A stretch of 62,641 nt of DNA, filler included, from Candidatus Desantisbacteria bacterium CG1_02_49_89 (GTDB taxonomy: Bacteria; Desantisbacteria; UBA1551): assembly GCA_001871075.1 (NCBI GenBank). It is 5 parts of 5 records of this genome, joined end to end, with 100 filler letters (N's around TTAATTAATTAA, not from the genome) between each part and the next. Parts side by side here need not be neighbours in the genome. Positions count along the whole stretch, not along the records: positions 14,788 to 25,053 come from MNUP01000100.1; positions 25,154 to 34,997 come from MNUP01000052.1; 3 more parts are not named here. One strand, given 5' to 3'. The notes below the pieces were generated by a model. That model did no database searches. It was not told where the DNA came from and worked only from the letters and a program-made list of their open reading frames with translations. Positions 19,683 to 29,043 of the stretch are shown here, in pieces; positions within the stretch are counted from its first letter, which is position 1, and every line of letters begins with the position of its first letter. The position numbers and the translations under genes are program-made.

Positions 19683-20848
19683 TCTTTATAAGCCTCCCCG
19701 AGCTGTTCTATAACGAAATCCTGCTCTTCCTCTGTCATCTGGAAATACAGGGGCAAAGCGAGCGTCAGCCTGTCCGCGGCGAAGGAATTGAAGAAATCCC
19801 CGGGTTTCAGGCCGTATTTTTTAGCGTAGTATCCGAGGAGATGGACCGCGTGCGTTCCCTGGCGGGTCGCGACGCCCCTGGATTCTAGGATGTCCATGAC
19901 CCTGTTGCGTTTTTCGTTCATCGCCTGGACGTTCCGCAGGGTCCGCGGTTTTTCCGGGGCAAAAAGGCAGACATAGGACTGGTATCCGTGCGCGCAGCCC
20001 TCCGGAACAACAGGGCGCTTAAGCCACTCCGCGGATGCCAGCTTCTTTTCGTAGCGTGAAACAAGGAATTTCTTGCGCTCTATTATTTTATCCAGTTTTT
20101 TCATCTGCTCGCATCCGATGCCTCCCTGGATATCCGTCATGCGGTAATTATAGCCGACGATATTGTAGTCCGGAAGCAGGTATCCTTTTTTCAAATGCCT
20201 CTGCAGGTCGCTGACAGAAGCTCCGTGGTCCCTGAGCAGCGATACCTTGCGGTCGATATCCTCGCTGTCCGTGATCACCATGCCGCCCTCGCCGGTCGTG
20301 ATCGATTTCCTGGGATGGAAACTGAGGCATCCCGCGTCCCCGATAACGCCCGCGTGTTTTCCCTTGTAAAAGCCGCCCATGCCGCATGCGGCGTCCTCAA
20401 CTATTTTAAGGCCTTTTGAGCGCGCTGTTTTCAGTATGGGGTCCATGTCAGCGCACAGCCCGAAAAGGTGCACGGGCATCAGCGCTTTCGTGCGCGGCGT
20501 TACCGCCTTTTCCAAAGATCCGGGATCAATGCTGTAGGTATCCAGGTTAATATCCGCGAAAACAGGCTTCGCGCCCGTGTATTCGACCGCGTTAGCTGTC
20601 GCGATGAACGTGAAAGAAGGGACTATAACCTCGTCTCCTTTTTTTATGCCGCAGGCAAGAAGAGAGGCGTGCAGGGCCGTGGTGCAGGATGTCACGGCTT
20701 TCGCGTATTTTGCCCCGGTAAAACTCCTGACTGCTTCCTCAAAAGCGCGCACCTTGGGGCCCTGGACAACCCATCCCTTATCAAGGGAATCCGCGACGGC
20801 CTCTTTCTCGTTATTGTCAAAATAAGGCTTTGCTATGGGTATGTTCAT
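19670..20848 (-). CDS. DegT/DnrJ/EryC1/StrS sugar aminotransferase
   Basis: TFIATANAV, EDAAC, SFHPRKSITTGEGGM, GYNYRM; ATG at 20848 overlaps the upstream stop. Confidence 0.93.
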   Translation of the reverse strand: MNIPIAKPYFDNNEKEAVADSLDKGWVVQGPKVRAFEEAVRSFTGAKYAKAVTSCTTALHASLLACGIKKGDEVIVPSFTFIATANAVEYTGAKPVFADINLDTYSIDPGSLEKAVTPRTKALMPVHLFGLCADMDPILKTARSKGLKIVEDAACGMGGFYKGKHAGVIGDAGCLSFHPRKSITTGEGGMVITDSEDIDRKVSLLRDHGASVSDLQRHLKKGYLLPDYNIVGYNYRMTDIQGGIGCEQMKKLDKIIERKKFLVSRYEKKLASAEWLKRPVVPEGCAHGYQSYVCLFAPEKPRTLRNVQAMNEKRNRVMDILESRGVATRQGTHAVHLLGYYAKKYGLKPGDFFNSFAADRLTLALPLYFQMTEEEQDFVIEQLGEAYKECAE

Positions 20849-21834
20849 TTTTCCTCTCCGGAGAATATTTTTTTGTGCTGCTCCCGCCATTCTATAAGGT
20901 TTTTCAGGCCTTGCTTCAGGCCGGTCTTCGCTTTGAAACCCAGTTCTTTCTCCGCTTTTTCGGTCGAGCCGATCCTGTGCGTGACAAAGGTCTTTCCTTC
21001 CGGCTCGTACTGTATCCTGAGCTTTGACCCGGTCATCTCAAGGAGCAGTTCGCAGATCTCCTTTATGGTGGTCCTGGTGCCGCTGCCCACGTTGTAAAAA
21101 GAATCCGACGCGCCGGACTTAAGCGCGCACACGTTCGCCCTCGCCGTGTCCCCGACGTAAATAAAATCGTAGGACTGCGAACCGTCACCATAAAGTATCG
21201 GCGGCTGGCCTTTGTCTATCCTGTCAAGGATCTTCATTATGACCGCAACGTACGCGCCCTTGTAATCCTGCCTGTCCCCGTAAACGTTCATGTAGCGCAG
21301 GCCTGCGTAATTCAGGCCGTACCTTTCGTTGAACGCCCGGCACATATGCTCGCCGGCTATCTTCGTGGCCCCGTAGAAGGTCCGGTTATTATAAGGATGC
21401 TCTTCGGTCATGGGTATCTGCAGGGCGTTGCCGTACACGGAAGCCGATGATGAATAGACCAGCCTTTTGACCTTATGCTTCACGCACGCCTCGAGCACGT
21501 TGAACGTGCCCTTGATGTTCACTTCGAACGCGGCCCTGGGGAATTCGTAGCACTGCAGCAGCCAGAGCGCGGCAAGGTGTATGACATAGTCGGTCCCCTG
21601 CATCGCGGAATCCAGGATATCCACCTGGGTTATATCCCCGCCTATCTCGAAGACCCTGACCCTGGGATCTTTCAGGGCGTTTTCCAGGTTGTAGAACGTT
21701 CCCCTGCAGAAATTGTCATATACCACGATCTCTTTAACCTCTTCCTTCAGGAGCTCCTCGACTACGTGCGAACCTATGAAACCGGCACCGCCTACAACAA
21801 GTATCCTGCTTCCCTTTATATCAGTCATTTTCAT
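20845..21834 (-). CDS. NAD-dependent epimerase/dehydratase
   Basis: GGAGFIGSH, SSSASVYG, YGATK. Confidence 0.93.
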   Translation of the reverse strand: MKMTDIKGSRILVVGGAGFIGSHVVEELLKEEVKEIVVYDNFCRGTFYNLENALKDPRVRVFEIGGDITQVDILDSAMQGTDYVIHLAALWLLQCYEFPRAAFEVNIKGTFNVLEACVKHKVKRLVYSSSASVYGNALQIPMTEEHPYNNRTFYGATKIAGEHMCRAFNERYGLNYAGLRYMNVYGDRQDYKGAYVAVIMKILDRIDKGQPPILYGDGSQSYDFIYVGDTARANVCALKSGASDSFYNVGSGTRTTIKEICELLLEMTGSKLRIQYEPEGKTFVTHRIGSTEKAEKELGFKAKTGLKQGLKNLIEWREQHKKIFSGEEK

Positions 21835-22964
21835 CTCCCTGTGAAAAATCCCTTTATGGCGTCGATCACCTCGTTTATTTCGTCCCTGAAAAGCGGCTCT
21901 ATCGGAAGGCTTAACACCTCTTTGGTCGCCTTTTCCGCCTGGTCCAGGCTTCCGGACACCTCTGCCCTGCCTTCGAATACCTTCATGCCGCTGAGCGTGA
22001 CCGGATAATACACCATGGAGCTTATGCCCTTTTCCTTCAGAAAAGCCTGCAGCTGATCCCTGCGCCCGCCGCTCACTTTAATGGTATACTGGTGGAACGT
22101 GTGGAAAGAGCCGGGAAGCGCTTCCGGGACCGAGATCCCTTCGATATCTTTTAATCCTTTGCTGTAGGTTTCCGCTATTTTCCTCCTGCGCGCGTTGAAC
22201 TCATCTATGTATTTCATTTTCGCCAGAAGCACCGCGGCCTGGAGCGTGTCCAGCCTCGCGTTGTAACCCACGTGATCCACGTTATACTTGTCCTTGCCGC
22301 CGTGTTTCAGGAGCATCCTCACTGATTCCGCTATGCCGTCATCCCCGGTCACGACCATGCCGCCGTCACCGAAAGAACCGAGGTTCTTGGAAGGGAAGAA
22401 GCTCAATGCCCCCGCGTCCCCTATCGAACCGAGTTTTTTGTCCTTCCACATGCTGCCGAAAGACTGGGCCGCATCTTCCAGGACAAAAAGGCCGCGCCCT
22501 GCCGCGATCCCGGTTATTTCATCCATATCGCATGCCTGGCCGTAAAGATGCACGGGTATTATACCTACCGCCCCCGGGCATTCCTTTACGCGCGCCGGGT
22601 CTATGTTGAAGGTCCGCGGATCGATATCCACGAAAACAGGGGTGGCGCCGCTCCTCAGTATCGCGTCAGCAGTGGCGACGAACGTGAAAGGCGTGGTTAT
22701 GATCCTGTCTTTCTTGTCGAAGAACTCCCTGCCCTTCTTTTTCATTGCCATGGCCCGCAGCGAAAGCACCAGGGCGTCGGTCCCGGAAGAAACGCCAACG
22801 CAGTGTTTCGCTCCGAGGTATTCCGCGACCTTCGCTTCCAGCTCTTTCACTTCCGGCCCCATGATCCAGGTCTGGTGCTCCAGGCATTTTTTTATCGCGG
22901 CGTCTATATCCGCTTTCATATAACCGTATTCGAGCTTCAGGTCAAGCAGGTCTATCTTCTTCAT
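21831..22964 (-). CDS. DegT-family aminotransferase (WbpE/WlbC-like)
   Basis: EDAAQSFG, SFFPSKNLGSFGDGG, NARLDTLQAA. Confidence 0.92.
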   Translation of the reverse strand: MKKIDLLDLKLEYGYMKADIDAAIKKCLEHQTWIMGPEVKELEAKVAEYLGAKHCVGVSSGTDALVLSLRAMAMKKKGREFFDKKDRIITTPFTFVATADAILRSGATPVFVDIDPRTFNIDPARVKECPGAVGIIPVHLYGQACDMDEITGIAAGRGLFVLEDAAQSFGSMWKDKKLGSIGDAGALSFFPSKNLGSFGDGGMVVTGDDGIAESVRMLLKHGGKDKYNVDHVGYNARLDTLQAAVLLAKMKYIDEFNARRRKIAETYSKGLKDIEGISVPEALPGSFHTFHQYTIKVSGGRRDQLQAFLKEKGISSMVYYPVTLSGMKVFEGRAEVSGSLDQAEKATKEVLSLPIEPLFRDEINEVIDAIKGFFTGR

Positions 22965-22984
22965 AACTTCTCCCTGGTATTTAT

Positions 22985-23088
22985 GTCATTGCGAGGAGCT
23001 TAGCGACGAAGCAACCCCATTGAGATTGCTTCCCCGCCACGAATATTTCCTCCATAAAAATTGGCGGACAAAGGCGGGTCGCAATGAC
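22985..23088. repeat. RPE/REP-like palindrome carrying nested CCGCC..GGCGG hairpins
   Basis: GTCATTGCGAGGAGC..GAAGCAA..GATTGCTTC..TCGCAATGAC. Confidence 0.7.
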
Positions 23089-23100
23089 AAACGGTAACGA

Positions 23101-23670
23101 TCATTTCCTTATAAGGTTCTTGCCTTCGAGCGCGTATTGCTTTTTGCAACTTTCACACGTTCCTTTGTTATTGTCTAATCTTAGCGTCTCCCCGCATTCG
23201 CACACCCAGCCTATCCGCTTTGCCGGGACTCCCACGACAAGCGCGTAGTCAGGCACGTTATGCGTGACAACCGAGCCCGCGCCTATAAGCGCGTATCTTC
23301 CTATGGTATTCCCGCAGACTATGGTGGAATTCGCCCCTATTGTCGCGCCTTTCTTGACAAGCGTGGTCTTGAACTCGCTCTTTTTCTCTATGAAAGCCCT
23401 GGGATTTATAACGTTGGTGAACACGCATGAAGGCCCGCAGAACACGTCGTCTTCCAGTATAACCCCTTTATATAAGGAAACGTTGTTCTGCACCTTGCAT
23501 CCGTTCCCCACGGTCACGTCAGGCCCTACCACCACATTCTGCCCGAACACGCAGTTCTCGCCTATAACGGTATTTTTAAGGACATGGCAGAAGTGCCATA
23601 TCTTTGTTCCGGCGCCGATTTCCACGCCTTCATCCACGATGGACGACGGATGCACGAAATATTTTTCCAT
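23101..23670 (-). CDS. Sugar N-acetyltransferase (WbpD/WlbB-like)
   Basis: TKIWHFCHV, KVQNNVSLYKGV..FCGPSCVFTNVINPRA, GWVCECG. Confidence 0.92.
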   Translation of the reverse strand: MEKYFVHPSSIVDEGVEIGAGTKIWHFCHVLKNTVIGENCVFGQNVVVGPDVTVGNGCKVQNNVSLYKGVILEDDVFCGPSCVFTNVINPRAFIEKKSEFKTTLVKKGATIGANSTIVCGNTIGRYALIGAGSVVTHNVPDYALVVGVPAKRIGWVCECGETLRLDNNKGTCESCKKQYALEGKNLIRK

Positions 23671-23732
23671 ATAACACTCCTCTGAAATTAATTTACGCGA
23701 ACCTGGCTTTTGTTTCGCAAATTATTGCTTTT

Positions 23733-23781
23733 TTAACCTTTTTAACCTTTAACTTTTAACCTTTAACCTTTAACCTTTAAC
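23733..23781. repeat. TTTAACC heptamer tandem repeat
   Basis: About seven imperfect units. Confidence 0.85.
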
Positions 23782-23795
23782 TGCATCAGCAGCGC

Positions 23796-24791
23796 TCACA
23801 GGCTGACCGGAACGCCTTGTTTCAGCGATCTCTGCGCCGCCTCAAGCAGTCTTGTGACCCTGAGCCCGTCTTTCCCGTCGCTCCTGGGCTGCCTTTTATT
23901 TTCTATGCAGTCGATAAAGTGCCTGCACTCGATAAGCAGCGGCTCTTTCATCTCGATCTTCGGGATGTATACGCTGCCGAACCTTAACGTGAGGAATTCC
24001 CCGTACGACTGGTAAGACGTGTTTATGTCAGCGCCCTTGTCGTATATCTTCAGCTTTTCCTCGGCCTGCATGTCGTCGAATATAGCCATTTTTTTGCTGC
24101 CCACGATCGTAAGCTCCCTTTTCTTGTTGGGATCAAGCCAGCTGAGGTGCACGTTCGCGATCCTTCCGTCCTTGTACCGCAGGTTGACAAAAACCACATC
24201 CTCGATGCCGTCCTGCAGATACGATTCGCCGGTGGCGTAAACCTTGGTGACGCCCTCCCCGAGCAGGTACAGGATGACCGAAAGGTCGTGCGGCGCGAAA
24301 CTCCAGAGCGCGTTCTCGTCCTGCCGGATCTTCCCAAGGTTAAGCCTTTGCGAATACACGTAATAGATCCTGCCCAGGTCCCCGCTGTCGATAAGCGATT
24401 TCAGCGCCTCTACCGCTGGATGGTATTCCATAAGGTGGCCCACCATGAGCCTCAGGTCCTTTTTTTCCGCGATACCGGTAAGCTCTTCCCCTTCAGCGGC
24501 GCTGAGGGTCATGGGTTTTTCGACGAACACGTGTTTTCCCGCTTCCAGCGCTTTTTTTGCCACCGCGTAATGCGTGATCGCCGGGGTCACGACCGCAACG
24601 CCGTCTACGTGAGAATCCTTTAAAATTTCCGCGTAATCGCCGCAGGTTTCGACGCCCTTATAAAGCTGCTTCATCCTGGCAAGCTGGCCAGGGTCTGAAT
24701 CGCAGATAACCGCAAGGTTTCCGAGCTGGCTGAACACCCTCGCAAGGTTCTTGCCCCAGTAACCAACACCTATCAAAGCTATCTTTACCAT
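23796..24791 (-). CDS. Gfo/Idh/MocA oxidoreductase (probable NDP-sugar 3-dehydrogenase)
   Basis: IGVGYWG, HVFVEKP, APHD; adjacent to WbpD/WbpE-like genes. Confidence 0.88.
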   Translation of the reverse strand: MVKIALIGVGYWGKNLARVFSQLGNLAVICDSDPGQLARMKQLYKGVETCGDYAEILKDSHVDGVAVVTPAITHYAVAKKALEAGKHVFVEKPMTLSAAEGEELTGIAEKKDLRLMVGHLMEYHPAVEALKSLIDSGDLGRIYYVYSQRLNLGKIRQDENALWSFAPHDLSVILYLLGEGVTKVYATGESYLQDGIEDVVFVNLRYKDGRIANVHLSWLDPNKKRELTIVGSKKMAIFDDMQAEEKLKIYDKGADINTSYQSYGEFLTLRFGSVYIPKIEMKEPLLIECRHFIDCIENKRQPRSDGKDGLRVTRLLEAAQRSLKQGVPVSL

Positions 24792-24809
24792 TTTTATTTA
24801 CTCCACGTG

Positions 24810-25052
24810 TTAAAGAAAAGAAAGGTTGGCTAATTTCAGCAGGCTGTTCACTTTGCCTGATATTTTCCTGATCTCTTTTATCCTTTCCCTGTATGCCTGG
24901 TACGTCTTTTTTTCCTCTTCGGCCGTAAGCCCGGCTTCCGAGGAATTGAGCATTTTCTCCATTTCGTCCACCCCTTCCATTACATCGTCTATCTTCTGCC
25001 TGAGGCCTGTCTTGAGCTTGTTCGCTATGATCCTTCCCACGTCGCGGTTCGC
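24810..25052 (-). CDS. Hypothetical helical protein, 5'-truncated
   Basis: Open from the contig edge to TAA at 24810. Confidence 0.55.
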   Translation of the reverse strand, partial: ANRDVGRIIANKLKTGLRQKIDDVMEGVDEMEKMLNSSEAGLTAEEEKKTYQAYRERIKEIRKISGKVNSLLKLANLSFL

Positions 25053-25053
25053 C

Positions 25054-25153
25054 NNNNNNNNNNNNNNNNNNNNNNNNNNNNNNNNNNNNNNNNNNNNTTA
25101 ATTAATTAANNNNNNNNNNNNNNNNNNNNNNNNNNNNNNNNNNNNNNNNNNNN
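25054..25153. other. Artificial contig linker
   Basis: N/TTAATTAATTAA/N. Confidence 0.98.
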
Positions 25154-25754
25154 CCTTTTCTCCCTCTATGCTGATGGATCTGATGTCGCTGACCCTCAGA
25201 GCCGTAACACCGCTGCCTGTCTTTAGCGTGACCCATTCTATCCTGGGCTCTAACAGGACCGGCTGCGGAACAAAATTAGGATAATAGCCATACTGCCCGT
25301 AGAAAGCGTTGCGGTCAGTGTTTTCCAGCCTTTCAGCCGGTTGCTGATAATACTGGAATCCTACCAATGTCCCTTTCAACTCCTGCTTGTCAGATGTTTG
25401 TATTACCGCTTTTTCTCCGGTGTTGCTTTTTATAAGGTCCTCGATCTTTACCATGGTCTCCTGATGGAAAATTTCCGTCTTCTGCGCCTTTATGGACTTA
25501 AGCGGCACGCCTTCCGTAAGGCTTGCCCCCCAGAAAGCGCCCAGGCTGGCGTCAGGTATCTCATCCAGGATTATCTGCCCGTTAACAAGCATTGATTTCC
25601 CCTCGCATCTCAGGTACGCGAACCCGTTCTTGAATATCACCGCCTCTTTTACTTCAGGGAACTGCGCCGTGTCAGCCGCGTTCACCGCCTGGCAGGCAGC
25701 ACCCGTTAAAAATAGCGTTAAAATTGCCGCAATAATCGCTTTTTTCATAGCCAT
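25154..25754 (-). CDS. Secreted DUF4140/DUF4139-like protein, N-terminal part (3'-truncated)
   Basis: Signal peptide, VKEAVIFKNGFAYL..G motif. Confidence 0.65.
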
Positions 25755-25865
25755 CCCCCCTATTATTAGCCTGCTCACGTATCTTTCGGAACTGTTTTTC
25801 ACCAATTCCACCTACAAGGCGAAATAGGTTTCTATAATAATTCAATATTCAAGAAGGTCTGACCC

Positions 25866-26837
25866 CTAAGCTCTTAAGCTGGCATGCAGGCGCGCAACCT
25901 GTTCTATGCTTTTATCAGACATCCTGCCGTCTTTGGAGATCGGGATATTCAGCGTTACCGCGCCGCCCGCCGCCTTGCATTCCTTCACCCAGTTGAACAG
26001 TGTCCTATCATCGTAGGAATAAGGCGCTCCCCAGGTAAACGTGGAATCCAGCGGAAGCAACGCGTGCCACTGCACGCCTCTGACAAAACGCGAATCAGGG
26101 GTATAAGTAGTATCTTTATCATTTCCGAACTTGATCTTTCCGTTATGAAGGTAATGGACCTCTCCCGCAAGGTAGTCTTCAAGTTTTGTGATGACCAGTT
26201 CTTTGTTGCCAAGGGGAAAGGCGGCATTGCTGAAAGTCACGATGGCACGGGGGTTTCCCGCCTTTGCGGCGGCGATCCATGAAGACCAGTCATATTTGAT
26301 CAGGGGATTGTAGTCACATTCATAACATCCGTCAAAGAACCAGCCGTCCAGCAGATCCCCGAACTTCAGCGCGTAGGCGCGCAGGAATTCCAGGTAGCGT
26401 TCCTGGAAAAGGACCTGGTCCGCGTCCCCGTATTTCCACTTGAAAACTTCCCTGATCTCTTCCATGTTTTCCCATTTATAGCCGACCTCTGACGGCAGGT
26501 ACGCGATGAAACGCTTGCCCGCGCGCTTTAACCTTTCGGCCAGGATCAGGGCGATGTCCCTTTCAGAAGTCCTTCCCGGGAGTTCTCTGTCAAGGAATTC
26601 ATTGGGGCTTATGTAATAACCGGTATTCTGACCGAGCGCGAAGATCAGCCAGTCAGCCCCGGTTTTGCTGAACTGCCTTAAAAATAACTCCGCGTCAAAA
26701 CCCCGCGCTATTTTATTGAAATTTTCCGTTTTTTCTTCAGGGGTATTCCCGTCCGGGATAAGCGGATCAGGCAAAATAAGGTAATGAACCATCAAACCGA
26801 AACTGCCTTTACTCATCCATTCCGCGGGATGCGCCAC
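25866..26837 (-). CDS. Alpha-L-fucosidase-like (GH29-like) TIM-barrel hydrolase
   Basis: FGLMVHY, FDAE, GWFFDG, GGAVTLN motifs. Confidence 0.7.
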   Translation of the reverse strand: MAHPAEWMSKGSFGLMVHYLILPDPLIPDGNTPEEKTENFNKIARGFDAELFLRQFSKTGADWLIFALGQNTGYYISPNEFLDRELPGRTSERDIALILAERLKRAGKRFIAYLPSEVGYKWENMEEIREVFKWKYGDADQVLFQERYLEFLRAYALKFGDLLDGWFFDGCYECDYNPLIKYDWSSWIAAAKAGNPRAIVTFSNAAFPLGNKELVITKLEDYLAGEVHYLHNGKIKFGNDKDTTYTPDSRFVRGVQWHALLPLDSTFTWGAPYSYDDRTLFNWVKECKAAGGAVTLNIPISKDGRMSDKSIEQVARLHASLRA

Positions 26838-26995
26838 CAGATCTCCTTTAGAACAAAAAAGTGTCAGACTGATTTCTGTCTTTTAGTAAAACTGAAATTC
26901 GTTATTTATCGACGTCGTCTTTATTGTAATCGGTGTAATCATTAGTTGGTAATCACTGTAATCATCAGTTATGCGAAGCAAAGATCGTCTTTAAT

Positions 26996-27020
26996 AAATA
27001 AATGAACCCGTCCCCTTTTT
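26996..27020 (-). repeat. Junction motif AAAAAGGGGACGGGTTCATTTATTT
   Basis: Directly after a stop codon; copies or variants at 10558, 29019, 30566, 31710, 32542, 33249, 35280, 36356, 36414, 37002. Confidence 0.8.
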
Positions 27021-28028
27021 CTAAGGTGAAAGTAATGCTCTTAACTCATCCGGCCCGCCAGCTGAAAGATTCGCACCGTAATAAAGCCGGTATTTATTTG
27101 CCGTTCCTTTTATCAAAATGACATCGGGGTCCATCAACGCTTCGACAGAACCTGAAGGAACGAGGATATTGCCTGACTCTAAGGTAAAATTCCTGCCGTC
27201 AGACGAAACCGCGGAACGGATCCTCAGGTCGCCTATGGGCTGGCCTTCGGGCGGAGTGGTGAAGAAAAACCAGTATGAGCCGCCGGGCTTCCTGACAATA
27301 TCCGGGTCGTTAACCTACCCGCCGATGGTCCCGCCGGTTATGGATATCTGCCCTTCCCTTGACCACGTCTGGCCCGAATCCGTGGAAGTAGCGGTATGAA
27401 CGCGGGAAATTAAGGGAGAAGCAACGAAATACATGCGCAGGGTGGAAGTGTTGTAATGGATCAGGTCGGGCACTGATACGAAACTGTCCTCGCCGGCATT
27501 CGCGACCATAACCGCCCCGCCTGTAAAGGGACCCGGTGTTTTTATGAAAGTTATGCCGTTATTTGAGACCGCGCGGTTCAGCCTCTCTGTGGTCGGCGAG
27601 TTTGTCTGGATCCCGTAGATCATCACGTAGTTACCGTCATCCATCCTGATGACGGATGGGTTTGTCGCTCCGAGATCTGAAATACCGGTGAACGTCTGCG
27701 ATTCCCAGAAAAGTCCGTCCGTGGAAACGGCGCTCCACAGACCGCCCGGAGCGGTAAAATACATCCTGTGCGTAATGCTGTCAGGCATAAGAATAGTGCA
27801 GGTGGAGGTCAGCGCTTTGGTATCGCCGTTCCACGTAAGGCTTTCCTTTGTCCAGGATGTAGAATATTGCGTCTCTCCGGGAGTTTTAGGGATCACGCCG
27901 GCTTCCTGGCCCTTTGTTATCACCTGCTCCGCCCCGCCCGAACTGCCGAAACCAACGAAAAAAGCGCAGGAAAAGCTCGTCAACGCCAACCCTGATATCA
28001 GGATACCGCAAAATATTACTTTTTTCAT
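27021..28028 (-). CDS. Secreted five-bladed beta-propeller (GH32/43-like fold) with in-frame TAG at 27315-27317
   Basis: Blades NPSV..YVMIY, VPDL..RMYF continue after the TAG as DPDIV..YWFFF..AVSSDG and DPDVI..YRLYY to a TAG at 27021-27023. Confidence 0.78.
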
Positions 28029-28096
28029 CGAAGAGTCATCCTCCCTGTTCTGGCTCGAAGATCCCTATGTTAAGCCCCGAAGGGGCTATAGGGACA
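28029..28096 (-). repeat. Family B element supplying the RBS of the propeller gene
   Basis: CCCTATAGCCCCTTCGGGGCTTAACATAGGG..GAGCCA-GAAC-AGGGAG-GA-TGACTC-TTCG-ATG. Confidence 0.75.
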
Positions 28097-28192
28097 AAAG
28101 AGTCATCCTCCCTGTTTGGAATCACGGAACCATTGATCCATTAACCAAATAAGGAACTATCTATTACCCGCTGCGTTTGATTGTCTGGCTTT

Positions 28193-28795
28193 TTATTTAC
28201 ATATTTTTCTGTTGTGCAAGGCATACGCCTCATCGATAAACTGCTCCATGGTCTTTTCCCCGGGAAGCGATGGTTTTTCATAATTGATATTGTATTGCTT
28301 TAACATCTCTATTTCCAGCTGCTCATTAGTTACCAACCCACCGCCCTCCAGGATGTGCTTTACCTTGATACCTCTCTTGGACAGATAGTGGGACACCAGG
28401 GCGAACCTGTGGCACTCAAAGGGATCGTCCTCGGAACACATTATGGCCGTCTTGCGTTGTTTTTTAAGAAGCTCCGCCACCCGGCCCAGCGCACTCTGAA
28501 AAGTGAGGGTTCTGCTCACCTTCTCGTAATCGACAACCCTGGTATTATTTATAAAAAGGGTTGGGTTGGTATAACGAGCCCCCAGGCGATCTCCCATGTA
28601 GATATATTCTATCCCCGAATACGTCAAATCCTTTGCCAGCGATTCCCTGTTGAACTGCTGAAGAACCCAGTTGCTGTAGGGGTTGCTCCTCACGTCGACG
28701 ACATACCCCACCTGGTGCTTGTCGAGGAGCCTGACGAAATAATCTATGTCGTGTCTGGAATGCCCGATTGTAAAACAGATCAGATTATCGTTCAT
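28193..28795 (-). CDS. DUF488-domain protein
   Basis: FTIGHS, VDVRSNPYS, AIMCSEDDPFECHR. Confidence 0.9.
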   Translation of the reverse strand: MNDNLICFTIGHSRHDIDYFVRLLDKHQVGYVVDVRSNPYSNWVLQQFNRESLAKDLTYSGIEYIYMGDRLGARYTNPTLFINNTRVVDYEKVSRTLTFQSALGRVAELLKKQRKTAIMCSEDDPFECHRFALVSHYLSKRGIKVKHILEGGGLVTNEQLEIEMLKQYNINYEKPSLPGEKTMEQFIDEAYALHNRKICK

Positions 28796-29043
28796 TTATT
28801 TTATACCTCGGGATTTTTATTTATGATTTCCCTTATCAGCTGTCTGCCCTACCTTTATCAATAGTAATGTATCTTTGACCCATGCTGTAATCTATTTTGA
28901 CCCATCCAAACTCCGAAATTATATCATAGAGTGGGTCAAATTTCAACTACAACTTCCGCCTAAATGGGTCAAATTTCGATTACATTACACAACCTTTTTT
29001 TATTACTGTCTCGTTAGTAAATAAATGAACCCGTCCCCTTTTA

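Noticed and set aside
945-28028. Genome-wide TAG reassignment (code 15)
   Set aside because: clpP, glyQ, glyS and aspS end at TAG at their expected lengths
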